Shown piece after piece: positions 44,405 to 54,019 of a stretch of DNA of 64,000 nucleotides. Positions within the stretch are counted from its first letter, which is position 1. Every line of letters begins with the position of its first letter. Below the pieces are notes generated by a model that worked only from the letters and a program-made list of their open reading frames with translations, was not told the origin of the DNA and made no database searches. Source of the DNA: an uncultured Pelagibacteraceae bacterium (GTDB taxonomy: Bacteria; Pseudomonadota; Alphaproteobacteria; Pelagibacterales; Pelagibacteraceae); assembly GCA_902622795.1 (NCBI GenBank), contig CACNRD010000005.1, positions 2,993-66,992 of the forward strand, given 5' to 3'. The translations under genes were made by a program, and so were the position numbers.

Positions 44405-44882
44405 CCTCAGCAAAAAAAATTTATTTACAGGTATATTTTTAATAAGCTTTATTGCATTAATATCTGCATATTTCATAGAATACATTCTTGGTCATCAACC
44501 TTGTAATCTTTGTGTATATGAAAGGATCCCCTATTTTTTAGCAATCTTAATTGTATTAATAAATTATAAATACAATAAATTAGAAAAGTATCTAATTCTC
44601 TCATTGGCTATAATTTTTTTAATAGCAACAATATTGTCTTTATATCACTTAGGAATTGAACAAGGTTTTATACAAGAGTCTTTACTTTGCGATCTTGAAA
44701 AGGGAGCAAATATTGTTGATAAAGATGAAATATTAAAGCAATTACAACAAAAAAGTATAAGTTGCAAAGATGTAACATTCAAAATTTTTGGATTATCACT
44801 TACAAACTACAATATTATAATATCTTTATTACTAACTATTGGCTTAACAAAAATTTACTTTGGATATGAAAAGAACAGATAA
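44397..44882 (+). CDS. dsbB: disulfide bond formation protein B family
   Basis: PCNLCVYER motif, second Cys pair, 4 TM segments. Confidence 0.88.
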   Translation: MFNLSKKNLFTGIFLISFIALISAYFIEYILGHQPCNLCVYERIPYFLAILIVLINYKYNKLEKYLILSLAIIFLIATILSLYHLGIEQGFIQESLLCDLEKGANIVDKDEILKQLQQKSISCKDVTFKIFGLSLTNYNIIISLLLTIGLTKIYFGYEKNR

Positions 44883-45399
44883 AAAAAAAATTGAGGAATT
44901 TATAAGAGTGGATCACGCTGGTGAAAGAGGTGCTGTAAAAATTTATGAAGGTCAATTACTTGCTTTAAATACATTTGTAAAAAATGATAAATTAAAAGAA
45001 ACTATTGAAGAAATGAAAATTCATGAAAAAGAACATCGTGATTTTTTTGAAAAGGAAATAAAAAAGAGAAATATAGCTCCTACGAAATTTTTACCTCTTT
45101 GGGATTTGTTAGGTGTAGGTTTAGGTTTTGGATCTACTTTATTGGGTAAAAAAGCTGCAATGCTTTGTACTGCCTCTGTTGAAGAAGTTATTGATGAACA
45201 TTATTTAAATCAGATTAACCAACTTGACGATAGTGAAAAAACGTTAAAGAAAAAAATTATCAAATTCAGAGAAGATGAGCTAAATCATAAAGATATAGCT
45301 TATGAAAAAGGTGCAACCAAAAAAGGACCTTACTTAATTTTAGATAAATTAATAAAAACCGGATCTAAAATTGCAATAAATATATCTGAAAAAATTTAA
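44866..45399 (+). CDS. coq7: demethoxyubiquinone hydroxylase (Coq7/CLK-1 diiron)
   Basis: RVDHAGERGA, EKEH, VEEVIDEHY, DELNH. Confidence 0.93.
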   Translation: MKRTDKKKIEEFIRVDHAGERGAVKIYEGQLLALNTFVKNDKLKETIEEMKIHEKEHRDFFEKEIKKRNIAPTKFLPLWDLLGVGLGFGSTLLGKKAAMLCTASVEEVIDEHYLNQINQLDDSEKTLKKKIIKFREDELNHKDIAYEKGATKKGPYLILDKLIKTGSKIAINISEKI

Positions 45400-45965
45400 G
45401 CTTCTAGTTCTACGTCCCAATATAGATAGTCCATCCAACTTTTATGAAGAAAGTTTGGAGGAAAATGTTTTCCATTTTTGTGTAAATCTTCTGTTGAAGG
45501 TCTATATGGGTGCTGATGTAATTTCATTCCTGAATTTTTTAATAATTTTCCACCTTTTTTTACATTACAGGCAGAACACGCAGTAACTACGTTATCCCAG
45601 TTAGTCTCACCACCTTTTGATCTTGGAAGCAAATGATCAAAAGTCAGCTCCTCATCACTACCACAATACTGGCAAGAAAATTTATCTCTTAAGAATACAT
45701 TAAATCTTGTAAAGCTAGGTTTTGATTGTGGAACAATATAATCTTTGAGTGCAATAACGCTTGGTAATTGCATATTAAAAGAAGGGCTTCGAATAATTCT
45801 ATCATAATTGCTAACTATGATCACTCTATCTAAAAAAACTGATTTTACCGTGTCTTGCCACGACCATAATGATAAAGGATAATAACTTAATGGTCTGTAA
45901 TCAGCATTTAAGACTAATGCTGGACATCTTTCTAATGAAACGTTTTGTTCAATAAAGTTATTCAT
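45396..45965 (-). CDS. HNH endonuclease family protein
   Basis: LVLNADYRPLS, RDKFSCQYCG, TFDHLLPRSKGG, WDNVVTACSACNVKKG. Confidence 0.93.
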   Translation of the reverse strand: MNNFIEQNVSLERCPALVLNADYRPLSYYPLSLWSWQDTVKSVFLDRVIIVSNYDRIIRSPSFNMQLPSVIALKDYIVPQSKPSFTRFNVFLRDKFSCQYCGSDEELTFDHLLPRSKGGETNWDNVVTACSACNVKKGGKLLKNSGMKLHQHPYRPSTEDLHKNGKHFPPNFLHKSWMDYLYWDVELEA

Positions 45966-46012
45966 ATATTAATTTTAACTCAGATGATCTGCATAATCAA
46001 TATTAAGAGGTA

Positions 46013-46663
46013 TTAAAGTTTCTTTAATATATAATTCAATGCTGTACTAGAAGCTTGTATAGGAATGTGATGATCACAATTTTTAATTAAAAGTGTATCA
46101 ACTTTTACATTATTTCTTATCAAAAAGTCTTTTGCTTCTAGTAAGTTGATTGATGGGACAATTTGATCAGTGTCACCATGGATAAGTAAAGTTTCTGTTT
46201 TGTTTTTGATTCTATTTTTTAGATTATCCTTATTAATAATTTTTCCAGAAAAACCAACGATACAAGAAAATTTTTCATCTGATGTTAAGCCAACATTTAA
46301 AGACATCATACAACCTTGACTAAAACCAGATAAACATATGTCTTTATTTAATAAATTAAATTCTAATTTAACCTCCTCTATAAATTTTTTAATTACATTC
46401 TCAGCTTTAATTGATTGCTCCAATATATAAGATGGTTCTTCTTTGCTAAGATCAAACCATTGAAATCCTGAAGGGTTCATAGCACATATCTCGTGTCCAT
46501 TTGGACATATAAAAACTGTATTTGGCATATGTCTTTTCCAATTTAATGAGAGCATACTAATATCCTTCCCATCACCGCCATATCCATGTAATAAAATAAT
46601 CGCTTTTTTAATTTCAATTCCATTTTCAGGTCTAATAATTTCAGCGTTAAGGCAAAATGTCAT
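46013..46663 (-). CDS. phospholipase/carboxylesterase
   Basis: LLHGYGG, GFSQG, HGDTDQIV, DHHI. Confidence 0.9.
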   Translation of the reverse strand: MTFCLNAEIIRPENGIEIKKAIILLHGYGGDGKDISMLSLNWKRHMPNTVFICPNGHEICAMNPSGFQWFDLSKEEPSYILEQSIKAENVIKKFIEEVKLEFNLLNKDICLSGFSQGCMMSLNVGLTSDEKFSCIVGFSGKIINKDNLKNRIKNKTETLLIHGDTDQIVPSINLLEAKDFLIRNNVKVDTLLIKNCDHHIPIQASSTALNYILKKL

Positions 46664-46712
46664 AGTTAATTAATTAAGTGTTTTATTTTTAAAAACAATC
46701 TACAATACAAAA

Positions 46713-46916
46713 ATGTTATCAGGAATTATAGTTAAAGTTCTGTCAATTGCTCTTTTAATTGCAGTAGGTGTCGTCCTGATATTAGGCATAGGGACTCTTT
46801 TCAAGGGTGGAGAGACAAGCAAAAAATATTCAAATAAGTTAATGCAGATGAGAGTTATTTTGCAATTTGTTGCTATAATTGCTTTGGTCGCTTTTGCTTA
46901 TTTTTTTAAAGATTAA
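46713..46916 (+). CDS. twin-transmembrane-helix small protein (HIG1-like)
   Basis: two TM helices with SNKLMQMRVILQ motif. Confidence 0.85.
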   Translation: MLSGIIVKVLSIALLIAVGVVLILGIGTLFKGGETSKKYSNKLMQMRVILQFVAIIALVAFAYFFKD

Positions 46917-47422
46917 CTTAAATTTTTTAGCCAGTTAATAAAATTTTCATCATCAAAATTTATTGAACCAATGATTCTAGCAAATTCTTCCCCTTTAGAA
47001 TTTAAAAGTATGGTAGTTGGAAGCCCTCTTAAAGAAAAAGTTTTTGCTAGAGTTGATGGATTGTCGAAATAGGGCTCTAAATTATTTATATTTAGCTCAG
47101 AAAAAAAACTTTTAACTTTATTTAGATTTTCTTTACCAATATTAATCGGATATATTTTTAAGTTCTTCAGCTTTTGATTTGCTTGCAGCCTATTTAAAGA
47201 GGGCATTTCCTCTTTACATGGTTCACACCAAGTTGCCCAAAAATTTAATATTATCAGCTTACTATCTAAATTTTCAATATTAATTTCTTTATCTGCATCA
47301 TCTAAAAAAATAACATTATCGTATATTTTTGGGATTTTATGGACTACAAGATTTTTTAAATCTGGCAATTCATTTCCAAGAGCATTTGTGATTAAAAAGG
47401 TAAATAATATTAAAATTCTCAT
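46913..47422 (-). CDS. TlpA-family thiol:disulfide oxidoreductase
   Basis: NFWATWCEPCKEEMPSL, GLPTT; divergent from argH. Confidence 0.92.
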   Translation of the reverse strand: MRILILFTFLITNALGNELPDLKNLVVHKIPKIYDNVIFLDDADKEINIENLDSKLIILNFWATWCEPCKEEMPSLNRLQANQKLKNLKIYPINIGKENLNKVKSFFSELNINNLEPYFDNPSTLAKTFSLRGLPTTILLNSKGEEFARIIGSINFDDENFINWLKNLS

Positions 47423-47446
47423 ATTAAATAGGTATAATTAAATATC

Positions 47447-48838
47447 ATGGCAAAAAATAAAAACAACCAGGCAATATGGAACACACGTATAAAAAAAGAG
47501 TCGTCAAGTTTGTTTCAAAAAGTTGGTTATTCTTTAGATGTTGATAAAAGACTCTACAAAGAAGATATTAAAGGATCCATCGCCCATGTTGAGATGCTTT
47601 TTAAACAAAAAATAATCTCATTTAAAATTAAAAATAAAATTATCTATGGTCTAAACAAAATAGAAAGAGAGATTTCCAATAAAAAATTTGAGTTTAATAA
47701 AAAATATGAAGACATCCATATGAATATTGAAAAAAGACTTTTTCAAATTATTGGTGAAGAGGCTGGGTATGTCCATACAGCTAGATCAAGAAATGATCAG
47801 GTAATCACTGATTTTAAATTATGGTTAAAATCTGCAACCAAAGAAATAAATAACAATCTTGATAAAGTGATTAAGAGTTCTGTAAAATTAGCTGAAAAAA
47901 ATATTCAGACTATTATGCCTGGTTTTACTCATTTAAAAAACGCTCAGGCAATTTCATTTGCACATTATCTAATGTCTTATGTTGAAATTTTTAATAGAGA
48001 TAAAAAAAGATTTTCTAATAATATACAAAGTTTAGATGAAAATCCTCTTGGTGTTGCTGCTTTATCTGGGACATCATTTAATATAGACAGAAATTATACA
48101 ACCAAAAAACTTGGTTTTAAAAAACCTACAAGCAATTCTATTGATACAGTTTCAGATAGAGATTTTGTACTTGATTTTCTTTACAGCATATCAGTGTGCT
48201 CTATGCATATCTCAAGAATTGCAGAAGAGTTGATTATTTGGAACTCAGATGGATTTAATTTAATTAATTTATCAGACAAAGTTGTAACCGGATCTTCGAT
48301 TATGCCTCAAAAAAAGAATCCTGATCTTCTAGAGTATCTAAGAGGTAAGTCAGGAAGTACTTATGGAAATCTGTTTTCTATGCTAACTATTTTAAAAGGA
48401 TTACCATTATCTTACTTTAAAGATTTACAAGACGATAAGGAGATAGTGTTTAATTCAAACGATACACTTATAAATTGTCTTAAAATTTTTGATGAGGTAT
48501 TAAAAAATTGTAGTCCAAATAAAAAAAAAATGCTTGAGCTTGCAAATAAAGGGTACATTACTGCAACAGACTTAGCTGACTATCTTGTGAAAAATCATTC
48601 AATGTCATTTAGAAAAGCTTATCAAAAAACGTCCTCTATAGTTAATTTAGCAGAAAAAACAAAAAAAAATTTAAACGAACTTTCTTTAGACCAACTTAAA
48701 AAAATTGAACCTAAACTTACTGAAGATGTTTTAAAAGTGTTTGATTTAAACAATTCTGTCAATTCAAAAAAATCTTTTGGGGGAACATCTTTTGATAATA
48801 TTAAAAAGATGATAGGGAAATATAAAAAAGAAATATGA
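47447..48838 (+). CDS. argH: argininosuccinate lyase
   Basis: EDIHMNIE, RSRNDQ, MPGFTHL, GSSIMPQKKNPD. Confidence 0.98.
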   Translation: MAKNKNNQAIWNTRIKKESSSLFQKVGYSLDVDKRLYKEDIKGSIAHVEMLFKQKIISFKIKNKIIYGLNKIEREISNKKFEFNKKYEDIHMNIEKRLFQIIGEEAGYVHTARSRNDQVITDFKLWLKSATKEINNNLDKVIKSSVKLAEKNIQTIMPGFTHLKNAQAISFAHYLMSYVEIFNRDKKRFSNNIQSLDENPLGVAALSGTSFNIDRNYTTKKLGFKKPTSNSIDTVSDRDFVLDFLYSISVCSMHISRIAEELIIWNSDGFNLINLSDKVVTGSSIMPQKKNPDLLEYLRGKSGSTYGNLFSMLTILKGLPLSYFKDLQDDKEIVFNSNDTLINCLKIFDEVLKNCSPNKKKMLELANKGYITATDLADYLVKNHSMSFRKAYQKTSSIVNLAEKTKKNLNELSLDQLKKIEPKLTEDVLKVFDLNNSVNSKKSFGGTSFDNIKKMIGKYKKEI

Positions 48839-48957
48839 TTAAAAAATTAACTATAATATTATTATTTTCAATCTTATTGGTATCCTGTGGAAAAAAAGGA
48901 TGCCCAAAATATTCAGACTCAGATGATGAGAAATGTGACCCAATATTTAAAAATTGA
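48835..48957 (+). CDS. 40-aa lipoprotein, LptM/YifL/LppL-like (not in ORF track)
   Basis: MIKKLTIILLFSILLVS-CGKKGCPKYSDSDDEKCDPIFKN; lipobox LVSC, CGxKG motif; ATGA overlap with argH and TGATG overlap with lysA. Confidence 0.85.
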   Translation: MIKKLTIILLFSILLVSCGKKGCPKYSDSDDEKCDPIFKN

Positions 48958-50171
48958 TGAAATATACTAAAAAAAAACTTTTTATTGAGAAAGTAAGTGT
49001 TCTTAATATTGCTAATAAATTTCAAACTCCAGCCTATTGCTACTCATACTCAAAGTTAAAAGATAACATAAAAATTTTTAAAGAAAATTTTAAATCCTTT
49101 TCTCCATTGGTTTGCTTTTCAATAAAATCAAATACTAATGTAAATATAATTAAAGAAATTAGTAAATTTGGTTTAGGGGCTGACGTCGTCTCGAAGGGAG
49201 AACTTATGCTGGCTTTAAAAGCAGGAGTGCATCCAAGCAAAATAGTATTTTCAGGAGTTGGCAAAACTAATGAAGAAATCGATTTTGCGATCAAAAAAAA
49301 AATACTACTTATTAATGCCGAGTCGAAAAGTGAAATTCGAGAAATCGATAAAATTGCAAGACGAAAAAGGAAAATAGTACAAGTTGGGATAAGGCTAAAC
49401 CCAAATACTGATGCAAAAACGCTTAAACAGATTTCTACAGGTAAAAGTGAAAATAAATTTGGTGTAAACAGTAAAACTTTTTACGAACTTGTAAACTACT
49501 GTGAAAACTCAAAAAATATCAGTCTACAATGTTTAAGTGTTCATATAGGTAGTCAAATATTAGACCACAAGCCATATGAAAGAATGCTCAAAGCTGTGAG
49601 TAATATAATTAATAAAACTAAACACAAATTTAAATTTGTCGATTTAGGTGGAGGAATGGGAATTTCTTACAGTGATAAAATTAAAAAGCTTAATTATAAA
49701 AAGTATAACCTAGCAATTAACAATTTTTTAAAGAAGCATAATACAAAAATTATTTTTGAACCAGGTAGATCAATAATTGGCAATACAGGAACTTTGGTAT
49801 CTAAAATAATTTACATTAAAGATGGTGGGAGCAAAAAATTTATTATTTTAGATGCTGCGATGAATGATCTTATGAGACCGGCTTTATATGGGGCGGTTCA
49901 TAAAATCTTACCTGTAAATAAATTAAACAGTATCTCAAAAAGTACTTATGAATTTGTTGGTCCTATTTGTGAAAGCACAGATAAATTTGTAACTTTAAAA
50001 AAATTTCAAAAACTAAAAGAAAAAGATTTTGTAGCCATATGTGATGTTGGTGCCTATGGTATGTCTCTAAGCTCTAATTATAACCTTAGGCCAAAAGCTG
50101 TTGAATTACTTATAAAAGGAAGAAAAGTTAAAATAATTAAAAATAGACAAAAGCATACAGATTTAATTTAG
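48957..50171 (+). CDS. lysA: diaminopimelate decarboxylase
   Basis: FSIKSN PLP lysine, FSGVGK, HIGSQ, DLGGG, EPGR, GPICESTD, GAYG. Confidence 0.97.
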   Translation: MKYTKKKLFIEKVSVLNIANKFQTPAYCYSYSKLKDNIKIFKENFKSFSPLVCFSIKSNTNVNIIKEISKFGLGADVVSKGELMLALKAGVHPSKIVFSGVGKTNEEIDFAIKKKILLINAESKSEIREIDKIARRKRKIVQVGIRLNPNTDAKTLKQISTGKSENKFGVNSKTFYELVNYCENSKNISLQCLSVHIGSQILDHKPYERMLKAVSNIINKTKHKFKFVDLGGGMGISYSDKIKKLNYKKYNLAINNFLKKHNTKIIFEPGRSIIGNTGTLVSKIIYIKDGGSKKFIILDAAMNDLMRPALYGAVHKILPVNKLNSISKSTYEFVGPICESTDKFVTLKKFQKLKEKDFVAICDVGAYGMSLSSNYNLRPKAVELLIKGRKVKIIKNRQKHTDLI

Positions 50172-50183
50172 CTTTTGATAAAA

Positions 50184-50885
50184 ATGATCAGAAATTCATT
50201 ATTTTCAATATTTTTTTTTGTAGGAATAATTATTATTTCAATAATATTTTTGCCTGCATTACTTTTACCAAGAAAAATTACCTTACTTGGAGGAAAATTG
50301 ATGGGGTACTGGGCTGGATTTTGTCTAAAAATTTTTCTATCAGTAAAAATTATCATTAAAGGTAAGGAAAACATTATGACTGACCAAAAATTTTTTATTG
50401 CTGCCTCCCACCAGTCTATGTTTGAAACATTTTACCTACAAACCGTTTTCAATTCACCAGTATTTATTTTAAAAAAAGAGCTACTACGAATTCCAATCTT
50501 TGGATGGTACTTAAAAAAAATAGGATCTATTTCTATAAATAGAAACAAGGTGAGTAGAGATAATTTAGGATTTTTTCAGGATATTTTAAAAATAATAAAT
50601 AGTAGCGATAGACCGTTGATAATTTTTCCTCAGGGAACACGTGTTTTACCTGAGGAACGTCCTTCCTTTAAAAAAGGGGCGACAAGAATTTATCAGGAGT
50701 TAAATATAGCTTGCCAACCCGTAGCTGTTAATTCTGGTTATGTATGGCCAAAAAAAGGTCAAAAAAATAGTCATAAGACAATAACTGTTTCCATTTTAAA
50801 GCCAATAAATGCTGGGATAGAGAAAAAAAATTTCTTACAGATTTTAGAAAGTAAAATTTATAATGAACTCGACTTATTAAGTTAG
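50184..50885 (+). CDS. plsC: 1-acyl-sn-glycerol-3-phosphate acyltransferase
   Basis: SHQSMFET, KKELLRIPIFGW, IFPQGTR. Confidence 0.88.
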   Translation: MIRNSLFSIFFFVGIIIISIIFLPALLLPRKITLLGGKLMGYWAGFCLKIFLSVKIIIKGKENIMTDQKFFIAASHQSMFETFYLQTVFNSPVFILKKELLRIPIFGWYLKKIGSISINRNKVSRDNLGFFQDILKIINSSDRPLIIFPQGTRVLPEERPSFKKGATRIYQELNIACQPVAVNSGYVWPKKGQKNSHKTITVSILKPINAGIEKKNFLQILESKIYNELDLLS

Positions 50886-51994
50886 CCTTTCATTGGCATA
50901 ACAACATAGATACTATCGACGTCGCCTGGATCTTTTATTAAAGCAGGAGAACCCGTATCATTAAAGAATATTTCTACTTTTTCTCCATTTAATTGAGAAG
51001 CTACATCAATTAAATATCTAGAGTTAAAACTAATTTCTAAGTCGTGATCAAATTTTGCAATCAGGGTCTCCTTACCATCACCACTATTAGCATTATTAAC
51101 TGATAAATCTAATGTATCTTTAGATAAACTAAATTTTACTCCATCTTTTTTATCTAACGAAACTGATGCTACCCTATCAACGGAATTTAAAAATAATTTT
51201 AAATCTATTTCTAGTTTTTTTTGATTATTTTTAGGAATTACCTGAATATAATTAGGAAATTTACCATCTATAAGTTTTGATATTAATATACTGTTATTCA
51301 ATTCAAATTTAATTTTAGATTTAACATTTGAAACCTTTACGTCACCATCATAACTATCCAAAAGAGAACATAGCTGAAATATTGTTTTTTTTGGTAATAT
51401 TATTGGATTAAAATCAATTTTTTCATCTAATCTAATTTTAGAAATAGACATCCGATGACTGTCAGTTGCTACGGCTGTAAGATAATTTTTATCTTCTACC
51501 TCTGTTTGATGAAAATAAATTCCACTCAAGTAATGTCTTGTTTCATCATTAGAAACTGAAAATTTACATTTGTTTAGTAATTTCAAAAGTTGTTTAGATT
51601 TAATAATAAATTCATTTTGGTTAAAGTTTTCATCAGTAAGAGGAAACTCTGATGGACTGAGGCAATTTAAGTTAAAAATAGATTTCTCAGATTCTAAATG
51701 AAGTTTGCTTGTTTCATTCAAAGTTAAATTAATTTTTTTCCCAGAGGATAACTTTCTGACAATATCATATATAGTCGATGATACAGTTGTAGTTTTTCCC
51801 TCTTCTAATACTTCCACGTTATTTATTTTGTGTATAAAAATTAAATCTAGATCTGTTGCAGTTATTATTAAGTTTGAATTATTTGCGTCTATTAAAATAT
51901 TAGATAAAATTGGTAAAGTACTTCTCTTTTCTATTACCCCTTGACAATAATTGAGTGCTTGCTGAAGATCTTGTTGATTAACGTTAAATTTCAT
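50882..51994 (-). CDS. dnaN: DNA polymerase III beta clamp
   Basis: TLPILSN, ATDLD, ETRHYLSG, ATDSHR, GKFPNY, VVMPM. Confidence 0.98.
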   Translation of the reverse strand: MKFNVNQQDLQQALNYCQGVIEKRSTLPILSNILIDANNSNLIITATDLDLIFIHKINNVEVLEEGKTTTVSSTIYDIVRKLSSGKKINLTLNETSKLHLESEKSIFNLNCLSPSEFPLTDENFNQNEFIIKSKQLLKLLNKCKFSVSNDETRHYLSGIYFHQTEVEDKNYLTAVATDSHRMSISKIRLDEKIDFNPIILPKKTIFQLCSLLDSYDGDVKVSNVKSKIKFELNNSILISKLIDGKFPNYIQVIPKNNQKKLEIDLKLFLNSVDRVASVSLDKKDGVKFSLSKDTLDLSVNNANSGDGKETLIAKFDHDLEISFNSRYLIDVASQLNGEKVEIFFNDTGSPALIKDPGDVDSIYVVMPMKG

Positions 51995-53399
51995 TATCTT
52001 TATTATTATATAATATTTGATTTTTTAACTTATTAATATTGTCAACCATTTCTGAATCTTTTTCTTTAATTTTTTCAATAGTTTTAACGGAATGTATTAT
52101 CGTCGTATGGTCTCTATTTGAAAATTCTCTTCCAATTTCAGGTAATGATTTTGAAGTAAGAATCTTGGTTAAATATATTGCTGTTTGTCTTGGTCTAACT
52201 AGATACCTTGATCTTCTCGAAGATAACATCTCATTTTTACTAATTTTAAAAAACTTACATACCACTGTTTGAATTAAATCAATAGTGACCTTGTTTTCAG
52301 ACAGATTTAATAAATCCTTCAAGACTACTTTTGTTTCTGATAAATTTGGGACTTTTTCGTAAATTCTTGAGAAAGAAACCACTCTATTTACTGCTCCAAC
52401 TAGTTCTCTTATACTACCTTTGATTTCAGTGCTTATAAAATCTTGTATGTCTTTTGAAATCTGTAATTGGTCTGAATATATACTATTTAGTTCTTCTGTT
52501 TTTTTTTGAACAATTTTTTTTCTTAATTCTAAGTCTGGTTTTTGAATATCAACCACTAATCCACCTGAAAATCTAGATTTAATTCTTTCTTGAATTCTTA
52601 ATAATTTATTAGGGGGTCTATCAGCAGAGACAACTATCTGTGAACCTTTGTCCAATAGAGCATTAAAGGTATGAAAAAATTCTTCTTGCATGGCCTCTTT
52701 ACCACTTATGAATTGAATATCATCAATTAACAATATGTCAGTGTTTCTAAAGTATTCTTTAAACTTTACCATATCATTTGATTTGATTGATTTTACAAAT
52801 TGATACATAAAACGTTCTGCTGAAATAAACATAACTTTATTATTTTTTTTTAATTCATAGCCAATCGAATTTAACAAGTGTGTTTTACCCATTCCAACGC
52901 CACCATAAATATAAAGTGGGTTATAATGCGAAATATTTTCCGAAACTTTTAATGATGCCTCGTAAGCGAGCTTGTTACTTGATCCTGTGATAAAATTATC
53001 AAATCTTTTATTAGGATCAATTCGATTATATTGTAAATAAGAGTCTTTGATAAAGGAAACATTCTCTTTTAAATTACCGTCTTCTAAAGCATTATTAGTT
53101 TTAATAGTATGATCTGTTTCAACTATTCTAAATTCAATTCTGATAATATCTTTTTTATAAGTTTTTATAATTTGTAATATTTGATCTAAATATCTTGATG
53201 TTATCCAGTCTCTAATAAATCTAGTTGGTACAGATAACAATATATAATTATTAAATTCTTCTATGAATGAAATTTTTTTTAACCAACTTTCATAAACTTC
53301 AGATCCTAATTTATCTTTCATGTCAGCTTGCACCAGTCTCCAGTCAAAGCTATTCGATTTAAAATTATCTATATTTTGATTGTTTGTAAGTTTACTCAT
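51984..53399 (-). CDS. dnaA: chromosomal replication initiator DnaA
   Basis: NPLYIYGGVGMGKTHLL, LLIDDIQF, QEEFFHTFN, RDHTTIIH. Confidence 0.98.
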   Translation of the reverse strand: MSKLTNNQNIDNFKSNSFDWRLVQADMKDKLGSEVYESWLKKISFIEEFNNYILLSVPTRFIRDWITSRYLDQILQIIKTYKKDIIRIEFRIVETDHTIKTNNALEDGNLKENVSFIKDSYLQYNRIDPNKRFDNFITGSSNKLAYEASLKVSENISHYNPLYIYGGVGMGKTHLLNSIGYELKKNNKVMFISAERFMYQFVKSIKSNDMVKFKEYFRNTDILLIDDIQFISGKEAMQEEFFHTFNALLDKGSQIVVSADRPPNKLLRIQERIKSRFSGGLVVDIQKPDLELRKKIVQKKTEELNSIYSDQLQISKDIQDFISTEIKGSIRELVGAVNRVVSFSRIYEKVPNLSETKVVLKDLLNLSENKVTIDLIQTVVCKFFKISKNEMLSSRRSRYLVRPRQTAIYLTKILTSKSLPEIGREFSNRDHTTIIHSVKTIEKIKEKDSEMVDNINKLKNQILYNNKDNEI

Positions 53400-53559
53400 A
53401 AGTTTGGAAGAAACCTAGTTAGAACTGATTTAAAATAATTTGCAACAAGTTAATAAAAAATTTGAAAAAAAAATAAAATCTAGGATTGTGAATTTAGATG
53501 TTACGGAGTTAAAGTTGAATTTTTATTTTATTTCAAAGAATTAGAAATTAAAATTTTAA

Positions 53560-53601
53560 ATTGAATCAAACCATGATTGAATCAAATGTAGATTGAATTT
53601 A
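53560..53601 (+). repeat. 16-bp-period direct repeats upstream of dnaA containing GANTC
   Basis: ATTGAATCAAA at 53560 and 53576, ATTGAATTTA at 53592. Confidence 0.6.
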
Positions 53602-53708
53602 TATAGAGGTAAAATTTACTATATCTAAATATGGTAAAACAACATGATATTTAAATAGATCATGTACTTACTAAGAGTTGTTTAATAAAATATGATTTTT
53701 TTTAACGC

Positions 53709-53969
53709 TTAGATTGTAGAAATCTTCTTTGTGATCCTAGAAACATTTCTAGAAGCGTTTTGTTTCTTGATAATTCCAGTCTTAGCAATCTTCATAAGCT
53801 CTGAATTGAGCTTAGGCAAAAATTTTAAAGCTTCGTCTTTCTTTTTTTCTCCAATTAGAAGGTTCATTTTTTTTAAAGCGTTACGAAATCTACTTTTTCT
53901 AGCCTTATTAACCACTGTTTGCTTAGAAATTCTTCGAATTCTCTTAATTGCTGATTTTGTGTTTGCCAT
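53709..53969 (-). CDS. rpsT: 30S ribosomal protein S20
   Basis: MANTKSAIKRIR, GIIKKQNASR. Confidence 0.97.
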   Translation of the reverse strand: MANTKSAIKRIRRISKQTVVNKARKSRFRNALKKMNLLIGEKKKDEALKFLPKLNSELMKIAKTGIIKKQNASRNVSRITKKISTI

Positions 53970-53978
53970 CTGCGCAGG

Positions 53979-54007
53979 GGTATAACTTGAGAATTTATAG
54001 TGGTCAA
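53979..54007 (-). promoter_or_regulatory. candidate sigma70 promoter for rpsT
   Basis: TTGACC-N17-TATACC ending 9 nt before ATG. Confidence 0.5.
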
Positions 54008-54019
54008 CATAATATTTTA

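Noticed and set aside
45396-45965. HNH nuclease as a mobile or homing element or defence gene
   Set aside because: No intron, repeats, methylase or compositional shift; resembles the conserved stand-alone alphaproteobacterial HNH family
53400-53708. oriC next to dnaA
   Set aside because: No convincing DnaA boxes; alphaproteobacterial origins are often unlinked from dnaA
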